Source of the DNA: an uncultured Gammaproteobacteria bacterium
Lineage (GTDB): Bacteria; Pseudomonadota; Gammaproteobacteria; JACCXJ01
DNA: 64,000 nt
Direction of reading: 5' to 3'
Assembly: GCA_963764725.1 (NCBI GenBank)
Contig: CAVXTM010000002.1
Coordinates: 128,001-192,000, forward strand
The translations under genes and the position numbers were made by a program. Under the pieces are notes generated by a model, which was not told the origin of the DNA, did not search any database, and worked only from the letters and a program-made list of their open reading frames with translations. Below, in pieces: positions 28,347-38,509 of the stretch (positions within the stretch are counted from its first letter, which is position 1; every line of letters starts with the position of its first letter).

Positions 28347-29948
28347 GGGTGTAGGTCTCAAACTGATCATCAGTGTGCCCTGGCGCCAGGGAATGCAACG
28401 ACGTTATCGGGAGCCGCGACGTGGGCACAGTAGGTTTGCGCGAGCAACCGCCAACCGTGATCGAAGCGCTGGCTCTGCGCGAGCGCGCGCAAGGTCAAGA
28501 TCGCTTGTCCGCCCGCATGCCGCCAACGCATTCCCGATCGTTTCATTCGTTGCGTCACCAGCGTCTTGCACGCCGCTTCCACCACACCTGAACCGATCGG
28601 CAACCCCAGCGCTTTTGCCCCCGCGTAGCCCATGCGCGCTCGATTGCGGCGGAAGTAGCCGAGCTCGGTCGCCAGCACCTTGCGGCGCGGATGCCGGTTG
28701 CGCTGATAGGCAAGTGTGCGGATCACCTTTTCGACTCCATCGTGCTCCGCGCGCAGGATGTGCCGATAGGTCTCAAACTGGGTGCGCGCCTTCGGGGTGT
28801 TCTCCCCGTAGGCCACCGCAAACGCTGCCTTGAGATGCTCGGCGGCGTGGTAGAAGTCGATGATCTCCTCACCCGCGGGCAGTTCATCGCTGAGGAAGGT
28901 CCAGTTGTCCTTGGCCCCGTCGGCGAGCTTGACCACCCGCAGTCCCGGACGTTCTTGGAGCACGGTCGACACCTCCGCCGCTAGCATCGTCTTCAGGGTC
29001 GCTTTCTTCGACTCCGGCATCCGCGCCATGCGCACCGTGCCCAGCCGCTCGCCTTCGGCATCGTGAAAGCTCAGCGTCGCACAGCCCACTTCTTGATAGC
29101 CGGCCGGTCCTTTCGTGTGCTTACCCTCGGCAACACCCCGCTCGCGCTTAGCAGCGCGCCCCCCGTCCTTCATCGGTGTCATCACCCCATCGAGCGACAC
29201 CGCCACCGTGACCGCCGCTTCGGGAATCCTCATCGCTCCGCGCAACTGCGCATCGAAGTGTTCCCGTTGCGCTTCCCACTGCGCCGAGCACTGCTTCGGC
29301 AACCGATCCAGACTGCTCTTCGAGGGACTCATGTTGCCCACTTCCCGAAACAACCCTTCGGCCTCCTGCGGGGTCAGATGCGCCACCGCCCACAGCGCTT
29401 GGCGCGCCGCGCGCGGGGTGAACTGACCGGCCACCATACCCGCACGCAACTCCAACGGCACCACCGTCCCATCGCGACCACGGCGGTACAGCGTGCGCCA
29501 CACCTTCACCGCACCCGCCGCGCTCAGGTAGGTCTCCGAACTGCGTAGCACCCGATGGTGCAGGTGCCCGTCAATCAGCAGCTGCGGCTGGTTCACATCC
29601 AGCCGCTCCAGCTCCTCGGCGAGGATCTCGCACTCGGCGTCCATAAATACGGCGTGCAACTCCTGTTCAAAGCGTTCGAAGTTCTCCTCCGCCCCACGAC
29701 GGGCGCGCAGCTCCGCGACTGCCTTATGCAGTCGTTCGATCGCTGCGTTTGTGGCCGTGGCATCGTTTTGGGACGTGTGAAATACTGGCATCGGGGCAGC
29801 CCTCCGGAGTTCGTTGGATTAATGCACGACGAATTATCCACGAGGACCACTGCCCCTTCATCTCCCTACCACCATGACAAATTGTCAGCTCACGCTACCC
29901 GAACGCAAAAAACTCCAATAAAACCAGATCAGTTGCCGATCTACACCC
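28347..29948 (-). mobile_element. Complete ISKra4/ISLre2-like IS; transposase 28370-29791
   Basis: TIRs GGGTGTAG / CTACACCC; 8-bp TSD AATGCATA (28339-46 and 29949-56); SLDG, LADGA, DFYHAAEHL, IGSGVVEAACK. Confidence 0.92.
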
Positions 29949-29949
29949 A

Positions 29950-31155
29950 ATGCATAGCCTGATCGAAAGCATAAGCGCCTGGATACCGGTCGACCCGAGG
30001 GCGCGGCTGGAGCAGCTTCGGAGCAGAGAGAGAGGTAAAAGCAGACCGGCGCGCCTTGTCGTTGGGGAAAAACTTTCGCCCCTGGATTTTTACGTGTATC
30101 TCAAAGCACGTTTCGGACCGCCGAACGGAATCCAGATGCCCTTGCGGAATCCATCTTCCGACAATCTCATTCACTGGCACTACACAATCGGAGGAGGGCC
30201 GGCAGTGCTGGAAATCTGGCAGGCAAATCTCAGTATGGAGATATACCTCGAAGGTATCGAGACTCCTACGGACGCGGACTGGGATAGGCTACTTCTTGCG
30301 ATCAAGGGGGACTTCGCGAACTACGGACAGAAAATGTCCGTCGTCCGAAAGGAGTTGGAGCGCTGGCATCTCTTCATCAATCCCTACAAACGGTTACATG
30401 ACGTTTTGGAACGCAGTCGTTTAGACCTAATTGCGCTTGATATTGACTCCGTCATTGTGCCAAGGACCCCGGAAACCCCGGACGACCTTAAGATGCTCTC
30501 GGAGACCATCTCCAAGCATCAAGCACGGTTCGAAGAGGCGTTGAGACTAGGTGTAACCATCCGAATGCTCGCCCCTGTTCTTGGAGAGGCATTCGTCAAC
30601 TCATTGATCTTCGTTTTGGCCAAACCGGAGATCAAAGCTGATTCGCGACTATATCAGGACGTTATTCGGCGTGAGGTCGATGTGCGAATAAAAAGCTTGC
30701 ATTTGCATTGCAACGGATTCGCCAAACCTGTAGACGCCACCGCAGAGCGGTTCAAGTCTTTCCAGACGTTGATGAACGGTCGGAACGATTTTCTTCATGG
30801 CAACGTTGACCCGACAAAGTTGAAATACGACACTGTGTATTTCGACTTTCGGACCGTACCGATCTTCGAGACCCGAGCTACATTCGGCGAGATGGCACTT
30901 TCCCACAAGCTCATTCATGTCGAACCGACGGTGGCGCTATCAGATATTGAGACGGTGAAGCAATTCATTGATCTTGTACTAGAAAGTTTGCAGCCTGAGC
31001 GTCGAGAGCTCGTGCGCCGTTTCATGGAAACAACGTCACCGGGCTGGCGACCTGATACGGGTACGCCTGGTGTGCTCTTTCCGGAGCACGTCATCCACTC
31101 TGTGCTCGCGATGGGTCCGGAGAAGGAAGATGATGATTGTGGCAACGCGAGCTAG
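29950..31155 (+). CDS. Hypothetical protein with HEPN-like RxxxxH motif (probable cassette gene)
   Basis: EAFVN...RNDFLHGN; lower GC; followed by an attC-like site. Confidence 0.6.
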   Translation: MHSLIESISAWIPVDPRARLEQLRSRERGKSRPARLVVGEKLSPLDFYVYLKARFGPPNGIQMPLRNPSSDNLIHWHYTIGGGPAVLEIWQANLSMEIYLEGIETPTDADWDRLLLAIKGDFANYGQKMSVVRKELERWHLFINPYKRLHDVLERSRLDLIALDIDSVIVPRTPETPDDLKMLSETISKHQARFEEALRLGVTIRMLAPVLGEAFVNSLIFVLAKPEIKADSRLYQDVIRREVDVRIKSLHLHCNGFAKPVDATAERFKSFQTLMNGRNDFLHGNVDPTKLKYDTVYFDFRTVPIFETRATFGEMALSHKLIHVEPTVALSDIETVKQFIDLVLESLQPERRELVRRFMETTSPGWRPDTGTPGVLFPEHVIHSVLAMGPEKEDDDCGNAS

Positions 31156-31218
31156 CCAACCGCTGCACCCGACGGCTCACCGCCGCGCGTTTCGCCGCGG
31201 GTGAGCGGCACGTGGGAC
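31150..31218 (+). other. Degenerate attC-like site
   Basis: CCGCTGCACCCGACGGC...CGCCGCGGGTGAGCGG palindrome with mutated core sites (AGCTAGC / GTGGGAC). Confidence 0.6.
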
Positions 31219-31238
31219 ATTCTGCTGGGAGGAGGAGA

Positions 31239-32342
31239 GTGAACTACTTCCTGGATCTCTTCAGCCCGGAAACCTACGAGGCGTTTAGGCGTTCCGATCG
31301 CTCGGTGTCCGGGTTCCGCCCCCGGCATAAGAACGCGGCGGAGCGGGTCCGCCCTGGCGACAAGCTGGTCTGCTACATGACACGGGTCTCACGCTGGTTC
31401 GGTGTGCTCGAAGTCCTTGAGGGTCCGTTCCGCGACAGCACGCCGATCTTCCTCGAGGAAGTCGATCCTTTCGTAGTGCGCTTTCGCGTCAGGCCGATCG
31501 TGTGGCTTGCGGTCGAGAAAGCCGTTCCCATTTACGAAGACGCGGTGTGGAACCAGCTGTCCTTTACCAAGGGGCAGACGAGAGGTACTCCTACGTGGAC
31601 GGGCCGGGTCCGGACCAGCCTGGTGCAGCTTAGCGACGCCGACGGACGGCTTCTAGAGTCCCTGCTTCTGGAACAAAGTCGTGGTGGCCGGGCCTATCCA
31701 CTCGATACGTCGGATTCCCGGAAGCTCGCCACTCATCGAGTGCGGCGCGTGGACAAGGATGTGACCGTTACCGTTCCGGAAGATCGGGACGACGTGGATC
31801 AGGAAAGGGCGCCTCAAGCAGAGGTACGGGAATCAATCCAGATCCAGGCCCTCCTGGCGGACATTGGCGCGCGCATGGGCATGCAGATCTGGATCCCGCG
31901 CGCCGACCGCGCGGCCGTGGTCGGGGAATGGAAGGGGGACCACCCGCCACCCCTTGAGCGCCTTCCCCTCAACTACGACGAGACCACCCTGCGAACCATC
32001 GAGCAGATTGATGTCCTCTGGCTCAAGGGGCGGTCGATCCGCCGCGCGTTCGAAGTCGAGCACACCACCTCGGTGTACTCGGGAATTCTGCGGATGGCGG
32101 ATCTGCTTGCCCTACAGCCAAACATGGACACCCGCCTTCACATCGTCGCGCCGCTGGCTCGGCGCGAGAAGGTACTCCAAGAACTGCGGCGGCCCGTGTT
32201 CTCGCTTTTGGAGCGCGGTCCACTGTTCGAGAGCTGTACCTATCTTTCGTACGACGGCCTGCGGGAGCTAGCGAAGCAGCCGAACTTGGCCCATTTGAAA
32301 GAGAGCGTTCTTGAGGACTACGAAGAGGGGGCCGAGGAGTAG
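31239..32342 (+). CDS. EVE-domain protein fused to a PD-(D/E)XK-type nuclease (putative modification-dependent restriction enzyme)
   Basis: RBS GGAGGAG + GTG; VRPGDKLVCYM EVE signature; IDVLWL...AFEVEHTTSVYSGILRMADL. Confidence 0.8.
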   Translation: MNYFLDLFSPETYEAFRRSDRSVSGFRPRHKNAAERVRPGDKLVCYMTRVSRWFGVLEVLEGPFRDSTPIFLEEVDPFVVRFRVRPIVWLAVEKAVPIYEDAVWNQLSFTKGQTRGTPTWTGRVRTSLVQLSDADGRLLESLLLEQSRGGRAYPLDTSDSRKLATHRVRRVDKDVTVTVPEDRDDVDQERAPQAEVRESIQIQALLADIGARMGMQIWIPRADRAAVVGEWKGDHPPPLERLPLNYDETTLRTIEQIDVLWLKGRSIRRAFEVEHTTSVYSGILRMADLLALQPNMDTRLHIVAPLARREKVLQELRRPVFSLLERGPLFESCTYLSYDGLRELAKQPNLAHLKESVLEDYEEGAEE

Positions 32343-32352
32343 CCCCGAGTCG

Positions 32353-32430
32353 TTCCAACAAGCGGATGCAGCAAACGAGCGGCACGGTCAACGGATGGAC
32401 GCCGCGCGCTGGTGATTCGCAGCGTTGAGT
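32353..32430 (+). other. attC-like site
   Basis: TTCCAACAAGCGGATGCAGC...GCTGGTGATTCGCAGC-GTTGAGT just after the stop codon. Confidence 0.65.
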
Positions 32431-32635
32431 GTCTGCTCCGGGCAGATTATTGTCGCCACACGCAAACGTCCCAAATGGGTCGGAAGCCGAAATTCAGCTG
32501 AGATACCACCGAGCCGGTGACTTGGGCGTTTCTGGACATCGTTCATGCTTACGCGCGGATTTACGCATCGTGATCTAGACTTTACCCTAGAGGATACCCA
32601 GCCACAAAAAACCCACCCTCGTTCAAAGCACGTTT

Positions 32636-33055
32636 ATGCCGATCCACTTTTCCAAGACAGTCTACGAGCCGCCTGAGTCAGAAGACGGTTGCCGGTTGAT
32701 CATCATGCGGCGTTATCCGCGCGGCATCGCGAAATCGCGGGCGCACGCATGGGTGCCGCAGCTCGCGCCCACGCTGGCGCTCGTGCATTGGTACCATGAC
32801 AATAAGCGCGCGATCGAAGCACGGTGGCAATCGCGCGACCCCGTGCGCTTTGAACGGGAAATCGCGAAATTCTGGAGAACCTATAGCCGCCGGTATCTGA
32901 GTGAGATGCGCGGGCAGCGGAGCCTGATCGAGTTTCTAGCCTCTCTGCAGCGCGATTTTGGGGTGACGTTCACGTTGTTGTGTGCCTGCCCCGACCATCG
33001 GATCTGTCATCGGAGTCTCCTCGCGCGGCTCATTAACGACACGCCTCCTCGGTAA
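32636..33055 (+). CDS. DUF488/YeaO-like protein
   Basis: VYEPP..EDGCRLIIMRRYPRGIAK...W.PQLAPT; TLLCAC...CHRSLL. Confidence 0.8.
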   Translation: MPIHFSKTVYEPPESEDGCRLIIMRRYPRGIAKSRAHAWVPQLAPTLALVHWYHDNKRAIEARWQSRDPVRFEREIAKFWRTYSRRYLSEMRGQRSLIEFLASLQRDFGVTFTLLCACPDHRICHRSLLARLINDTPPR

Positions 33056-33086
33056 GCTTGCGTACCGCTCCAGCGGTAACGCGTGA

Positions 33087-33656
33087 TTAAAACAATCCGC
33101 TGAGATCGACCGGACAGTCAGGCAAAGCCCTTAGCGTGCGTACGGCCGGTTCGGCGAGCGTCTGAGTTTGTTGATAGCCGGTTTCGGCGGCTCCGGTAAA
33201 CACGTGCAAGCATCTGTTTTCGAGATCCAGGATCCAGACCTCGGGTATGCCGTGGCGCGCATAAAGCGGAAGTTTAACGTCGCGATCGTAGGCCAAGGAG
33301 GTATCTGCTACTTCGATGATCAGCATTACATCGGCGGGATGCGGGTGGGCGGATGCGTAAAAATCCCTTCGAGGCCGGAGTAAACAGATATCGGGTTCCG
33401 GTTCGGATCGATCGTTTAAGACCACCGGATTCTGTATCCAGATAATCGCTTGGTCCCCCGCGCTACGTTCAAGAAGTCTCTGTAAGCGGGCGACGTAAGC
33501 GGCTTGCTGACTTCCAATGGGCGCCATCTCGATGATTTCTCCCTCGATAAGCTCGACCCGGTCTTCTTCGGCGAAGATACCCGCCTCGCCCATGCGATGA
33601 TAATCATCCGCCGTCAGGCGATAACGGCGATAGGGCGATTGAGCGCTGCTTAACAC
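33087..33656 (-). CDS. Uma2 (DUF820) family endonuclease
   Basis: RVELIEGEIIEMAPIG, EPEPD, IEVADTSLAYDR, YARHGIPEVWILD. Confidence 0.92.
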   Translation of the reverse strand: MLSSAQSPYRRYRLTADDYHRMGEAGIFAEEDRVELIEGEIIEMAPIGSQQAAYVARLQRLLERSAGDQAIIWIQNPVVLNDRSEPEPDICLLRPRRDFYASAHPHPADVMLIIEVADTSLAYDRDVKLPLYARHGIPEVWILDLENRCLHVFTGAAETGYQQTQTLAEPAVRTLRALPDCPVDLSGLF

Positions 33657-33795
33657 GGTGGCTAATCCTAGGCAGAGTTGCTTGCAAAAGAAAAAAGATA
33701 TATCATTTATCCTAGCATAAACCACATAATGCAACCAACCCTGGCTAGCATAGCGCTCGGGTACCGCCTCGGCAATTGGGTGGTCAGTCCTGGTG

Positions 33796-34473
33796 TTATC
33801 CGCACTTCGACTCTCCGCAGTTGAGGCACGTCAAGCAACCGTCCATTTGCACCATGGCCTTGGTGTGGCACTTCGCGCACAGCTCGGTGCCGCCGGGAAA
33901 TTCATCCGCAGCGGATGATCCACTCAGTTGCTGTGAGCGCTGATACTCGGCGCGCTTCTCTTCGATGAGTTTTTTTTGATGCGCATCGGGCTTGTTGTCC
34001 TTGAGCAAGCCGATCATCCGCAGGTGGCATTCGAGCACATCGCCGATCTCGGCCACCAAGGAAGGCATGAAGCGACCGCCCTTCTTGAAGTAACCCCCTT
34101 TCGGATCGAACACCGAACGCAGCTCTTCGACCAGGAAGGTGACATCTCCGCCCTTGCGAAAGACGGCGGAAACGATGCGCGTAAGGGCGACGATCCACTG
34201 GAAATGATCCATATTCTTGGAGTTGATGAAAAGCTCGAAAGGCCGCCTCAGCTCGTGCGCCGTGCCGGCGTTGAGCACGATGTCGTTGATGGTCACATAG
34301 AGCGCGTGCTCGGAGAGCGGAGTTTTGATCTTGTAGGTCGATCCCAGCAGCATCTCGGGGCGCTCGACCTTCTCGTGCATCTGGATAACATTATCCTGCG
34401 GCTTTTCCGCGGCCGAGGTCTCGGCCGTAACGACGCTATATTTGACGATGCGCTGCTCGAATTTCTTGCTCAT
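33796..34473 (-). CDS. nrdJb: Class II ribonucleotide reductase second component NrdJb
   Basis: GSTYKIKTP...ALTRIVSAVFR; C-terminal CAKC...CLTCLNCGESKCG. Confidence 0.9.
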   Translation of the reverse strand: MSKKFEQRIVKYSVVTAETSAAEKPQDNVIQMHEKVERPEMLLGSTYKIKTPLSEHALYVTINDIVLNAGTAHELRRPFELFINSKNMDHFQWIVALTRIVSAVFRKGGDVTFLVEELRSVFDPKGGYFKKGGRFMPSLVAEIGDVLECHLRMIGLLKDNKPDAHQKKLIEEKRAEYQRSQQLSGSSAADEFPGGTELCAKCHTKAMVQMDGCLTCLNCGESKCG

Positions 34474-34492
34474 GGCCTGAAGTCCTCGCTCG

Positions 34493-36646
34493 CTAAAATT
34501 TACCGTAGTAGCCCTCTTTGAGGGCGTCAAAGAGGTTGGCGGCGGTGTGGATCTCACCGTCGTACTCGATGTCCTCGTTGCCCTTGGCTTCCACGGCGGT
34601 GCCGTCCTCCAGAATAAAGCGATAGACGGTGTTTTCGAGATCCTGATCCTTGACCAAGACCCCCTGGAAGGCTTCCGGATTGAAGCGAAAGGTCGTGCAC
34701 CCTTTGAGGCCCTGCTCGTAGGCATAGAGATAGATGTCCTTGAAATCCTCGAAGGGGAAATCAGTGGGTACGTTCGCGGTTTTCGAGATCGAGGAATCGA
34801 TCCAGCGCTGCGCCGCGGCCTGGATGTCGACATGGTGGCGCGGGGTGATGGTCTCGGCGGTGACGAAGTAATCCGGTAACGGCGCCGCGGACGGCGCGGC
34901 GCTGGGCTTGGCATCGGGGTCTACGAAATGGCGGTAGGCGAGGAGCTCAAACGAATACACATCGATCTTCTCTTTGCTCTTGCGCCGCTCGCGGATGACG
35001 TTGCGTGCATAATGGTGCGCGAAGCTCGGCTCGATCCCATTGCTGGCGTTATTGGCCAGCGAGAGCGAGATGGTGCCGGTCGGTGCGATGGAGCTATGAT
35101 GGGTGAAGCGCGCCCCCGTCTCGGCGAGCGCATGGGCGAGCTCGGGCATTACTTTGGCCACGCGCTGCATATAGCGGCTGTAGCGCGCGTGCAAGATCTT
35201 GCCCTTGACCACGTCGCCGGCCCTGTAACCGTCGCGAGTCATTTCCGGGCGATGCCGCAGCATCGCGGCCGTGACGGTAAACTCTTCTTCCATGATAGGC
35301 GCCGGTCCCTTCTCGCGGGCGAGATCCAAGGCCATCTCCCAACCGGCCAAAGCCATCTCGCGGGTGACCTGCTCGGTGAAGGCGAGCGAGTCCGGCTCTC
35401 CGTACTTCATGCAGAGCATCGTGAGCGTCGAGCCGAGGCCAAGGTACCCCATGCCGTGACGACGTTTGCGCAGGATCTCGTCGCGCTGCGGTTCCAAGGG
35501 AAGGCCGTTGATTTCGACCACGTTGTCGAGCATGCGTGTGAACACCTGTACGACTTTACGGTATTCCGCCCAATCAAAGCGCGCTTGGCCGGTGAAGGGA
35601 TCGCGCACGAACTTGGTGAGATTGATCGATCCGAGCAGACAGGATCCATAGGGCGGCAGCGGCTGCTCGCCGCACGGGTTGGTCGCCCGGATGGTCTCGC
35701 AAAACCAGTTGTTGTTGAGATCGTTGACCCGATCGATCAAGATGAAACCGGGCTCGGCATAGTCATAGGTCGAGGCCATGATCATGTCCCAGAGATGCCG
35801 GGCGCGAAGCGTCTTGTAGATCTTGCAGGCGACCTGCCCCTCGCTGTTGCTGAGATAGCCTTCCGTTACCGGCCATGCGCGCCAAATCACCTTATCGGGA
35901 TCATTGAGGTCCAGATCCTCGGTTTCCAGCTCTGCTTGCTTAACCGGAAAGGCGAGTGGCCAGAGGTCGTTGGCCTTGACGGCCTGCATGAAGGCGTCGG
36001 CAATGAGCAATGAAAGGTTGAATTGCCGCAGCCGTCCGTCCTCGCGCTTGGCGCGAACAAAGTCCTTGACGTCCGGGTGCCCGACATCGAAAGTCGCCAT
36101 CTGGGCGCCGCGCCGCCCCCCGGCCGACGAGACCGTAAAGCACATCTTGTCGTAGATATCCATAAACGAGAGCGGACCCGAGGTATACGCACCGGCTCCC
36201 GAGACATAGGCGCCCTTCGGACGCAAGGTGGAGAACTCGTAGCCGATACCGCAGCCCGACTTCAGGGTCATACCGGCTTCGTGGACTTTGCCGAGGATGT
36301 CATCCATCGAATCGCGGATGGTGCCTGACACCGTACAGTTGATAGTGGAGGTGGCGGGTTTATAAGCGCGGGCGCCCGCGTTCGAGACGATGCGGCCCGC
36401 CGGGATGGCCCCGTGGCGCAGCGCCCACAGAAACTCGCCGCACCAGTGCTCGCGTTTCTCCGGCGTCGCCTCGACCTCCGCGAGCGCCAGCGCGATCCGC
36501 TGGTAGCTGTCGTCCATGGTCGCATCGATGGCGGTACCATCTTTCTTTTTTAAGCGGTATTTCCGGTCCCAGATGTCCAGCGAAGCGGCTTGGAAAGGAA
36601 CCTCCGCGGCCACCTCGGAAATTAGCTTGATCGACGCTTTATTCAT
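34493..36646 (-). CDS. nrdJa: Adenosylcobalamin-dependent ribonucleotide reductase NrdJa
   Basis: PAGRI, TINCTV, ATNPCGEQPL, SIAPTGTIS, GLKGCTTFR. Confidence 0.95.
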   Translation of the reverse strand: MNKASIKLISEVAAEVPFQAASLDIWDRKYRLKKKDGTAIDATMDDSYQRIALALAEVEATPEKREHWCGEFLWALRHGAIPAGRIVSNAGARAYKPATSTINCTVSGTIRDSMDDILGKVHEAGMTLKSGCGIGYEFSTLRPKGAYVSGAGAYTSGPLSFMDIYDKMCFTVSSAGGRRGAQMATFDVGHPDVKDFVRAKREDGRLRQFNLSLLIADAFMQAVKANDLWPLAFPVKQAELETEDLDLNDPDKVIWRAWPVTEGYLSNSEGQVACKIYKTLRARHLWDMIMASTYDYAEPGFILIDRVNDLNNNWFCETIRATNPCGEQPLPPYGSCLLGSINLTKFVRDPFTGQARFDWAEYRKVVQVFTRMLDNVVEINGLPLEPQRDEILRKRRHGMGYLGLGSTLTMLCMKYGEPDSLAFTEQVTREMALAGWEMALDLAREKGPAPIMEEEFTVTAAMLRHRPEMTRDGYRAGDVVKGKILHARYSRYMQRVAKVMPELAHALAETGARFTHHSSIAPTGTISLSLANNASNGIEPSFAHHYARNVIRERRKSKEKIDVYSFELLAYRHFVDPDAKPSAAPSAAPLPDYFVTAETITPRHHVDIQAAAQRWIDSSISKTANVPTDFPFEDFKDIYLYAYEQGLKGCTTFRFNPEAFQGVLVKDQDLENTVYRFILEDGTAVEAKGNEDIEYDGEIHTAANLFDALKEGYYGKF

Positions 36647-36689
36647 GCTCCCCCCTCGTTGATGGTGTATCGGGCTCATCCGGCTATGA

Positions 36690-36705
36690 ACACAATATAT
36701 TGTGT
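36690..36705. promoter_or_regulatory. NrdR box
   Basis: Palindrome ACACAATATATTGTGT upstream of nrdJa. Confidence 0.8.
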
Positions 36706-36804
36706 TTTTATAAGCTTTGCAACCCAGTATTATGTATAATTACCGGACAGGGGCTTAAGCTCCCGAACGCGCCTGCTCAACGAGAGGTCCCTTTAGAACG
36801 CGTT

Positions 36805-38502
36805 CTAAAGGGACCCTGTACCTAACTGCATGCCCTCAACTTCGTTTCCATGCGTCAACATTTCCTCCGCATGTCTTAGCGTCTGTGCGGAGATGTTGAT
36901 GCCCCCCAACATTCGCGCGAGCTCCTGTATCCGCCCTTGACCGTGAAGTTTGTCGACCACGACGGCGGTGGTTTCTTGGCCGCTATGTTTTGTGATCGAG
37001 TAATGGTGATGCCCGAGGGACGCCACTTGGGGCAGATGAGTCACACACAGGATTTGCCGATGCTGCGCCAATTGCCGCAATTGACGGCCGACGATCTCAG
37101 CGACCGCGCCGCCGATTCCGGCATCGACTTCGTCGAAAATCAGCGTCGAGACTCCCTTTGCGGTGGCGTCCAGGACTTGGATGGCCAAACTGATTCTGGA
37201 CAGCTCCCCACCCGATGCGACCTTCTCCAGCGGGCGCGGGGGTTGGCCGGGATTAGTGGTGACCTGGAATTCGATGCGATCTTGCCCGTTGGCAGCCGCA
37301 TCCTCCAAGGCGTCCAGGCGGACGACAAACTCGCCGCGCGGCATGCCGAGTGTATGCATCGTGGCCGCGATTCTCTGCGCCAAGCGCGGCGCGTACCGTG
37401 TTCTTAGCTCCCGCAACCCGGCGGCAGCGTACTGGTAGGCGCTCCGCAGCGTGTCTTGCGCCTCTCTAAGCTCATTCAAGCGCGCCTCGCTCCCTTGGAT
37501 GAAAGCTAAGCGTGCCTTAAGCTCCACGAGCTGCGCGGGGAGTTGTGCGATGACGATCCGATGCTTACGCGCCACCTCGGCAAGCGCCGCTATTCGCGCT
37601 TCGACGTCTTGCAGCCGCCCGGGATGTTCGTTGATCGCGTCCAGGTAGCGATTGAGCGTCGCGCTCGCCTCCTCGACGTGAATCGCCGCGGTATCCAGCA
37701 GATCGACGACCGGCTCGAGACGCTCGTCGAGCGCGGCGCCCGCACGGATCTCGCGCACGGATCGGATAATCAAGGCATGGGCGTTGTCATTGTCCTCGCG
37801 TAAGGCCAACAAAGCATACCGGCAGCCGGCGACGATCTGTGAGAGATTAGCAAGCCGCGTATGTTCGCGTTCCAGCTCCGGCAGTTCCTGGGAAGTAAAG
37901 CCAAGCATCTCGATCTCATGGATCTGATAGTCCAAAAGGGTTCCCTCGGCCTCGCGATCGTGGCCTTGTGCTTGATCAAGGCGCAGTAGCTCGTCGCTGA
38001 TTTGTTTCCACTCTCGGAACGCACGCGCCGTTTCCGAGGACGCTGCAGTGGCGCCGGCAAAACCGTCGAGTATTGCGAGTTGAATATCACGGCGCAGCAA
38101 TGACTGGTGCGCGTGCTGCCCGTGAATGTCGATCAGGATCTCCCCGACTTCTTGCAGGGTGCGGGCGGGAACCGCGATACCGTTAACGAAGGCGCGCGTG
38201 CGTCCGTCGGCGCTCAATTGGCGCGTGATCGTGCACTCGTGATCACTCGCTTCGAGACTCCGATTCGCCAGCAGAGCACGGGCTTGCGCCGACAGATCGA
38301 ATACCGCCATGACCGAGGCCCGCGGGCGCCCGGCCCGGATCAGGCTTGGATCGGCACGCTCGCCTAGGATCAGCCCAATCGCATCGATCACGATCGATTT
38401 ACCGGCGCCGGTCTCGCCGGTAAACACGGTGAAACCAGGAGCTAACTCCAGGTCTAATTGTTCGATGACCGCGAGATTTTCGATATGCAGGTGCGTTAAC
38501 AC
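36805..38502 (-). CDS. recN: DNA repair protein RecN
   Basis: TGETGAGKS, IHGQH, ASGGELSR, IFDEVDAGIGG, CVTHLPQVA. Confidence 0.96.
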   Translation of the reverse strand: MLTHLHIENLAVIEQLDLELAPGFTVFTGETGAGKSIVIDAIGLILGERADPSLIRAGRPRASVMAVFDLSAQARALLANRSLEASDHECTITRQLSADGRTRAFVNGIAVPARTLQEVGEILIDIHGQHAHQSLLRRDIQLAILDGFAGATAASSETARAFREWKQISDELLRLDQAQGHDREAEGTLLDYQIHEIEMLGFTSQELPELEREHTRLANLSQIVAGCRYALLALREDNDNAHALIIRSVREIRAGAALDERLEPVVDLLDTAAIHVEEASATLNRYLDAINEHPGRLQDVEARIAALAEVARKHRIVIAQLPAQLVELKARLAFIQGSEARLNELREAQDTLRSAYQYAAAGLRELRTRYAPRLAQRIAATMHTLGMPRGEFVVRLDALEDAAANGQDRIEFQVTTNPGQPPRPLEKVASGGELSRISLAIQVLDATAKGVSTLIFDEVDAGIGGAVAEIVGRQLRQLAQHRQILCVTHLPQVASLGHHHYSITKHSGQETTAVVVDKLHGQGRIQELARMLGGINISAQTLRHAEEMLTHGNEVEGMQLGTGSL

Positions 38503-38509
38503 CGGCTGC

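Noticed and set aside
14335-33000. Prophage or ICE explaining the accessory region
   Set aside because: No integrase, relaxase, T4SS, terminase or structural genes in the window.
33796-34914. 372-aa ORF suggesting a long NrdJb or a frameshift fusion with NrdJa
   Set aside because: The extension overlaps nrdJa out of frame and is low-complexity; nrdJb has its own RBS and ATG at 34473, matching the known split arrangement.
36650-36800. Cobalamin riboswitch upstream of nrdJ (or metH)
   Set aside because: No B12-box recognised; the nrdJ leader has an NrdR box, and metH starts 4 nt after the upstream gene.
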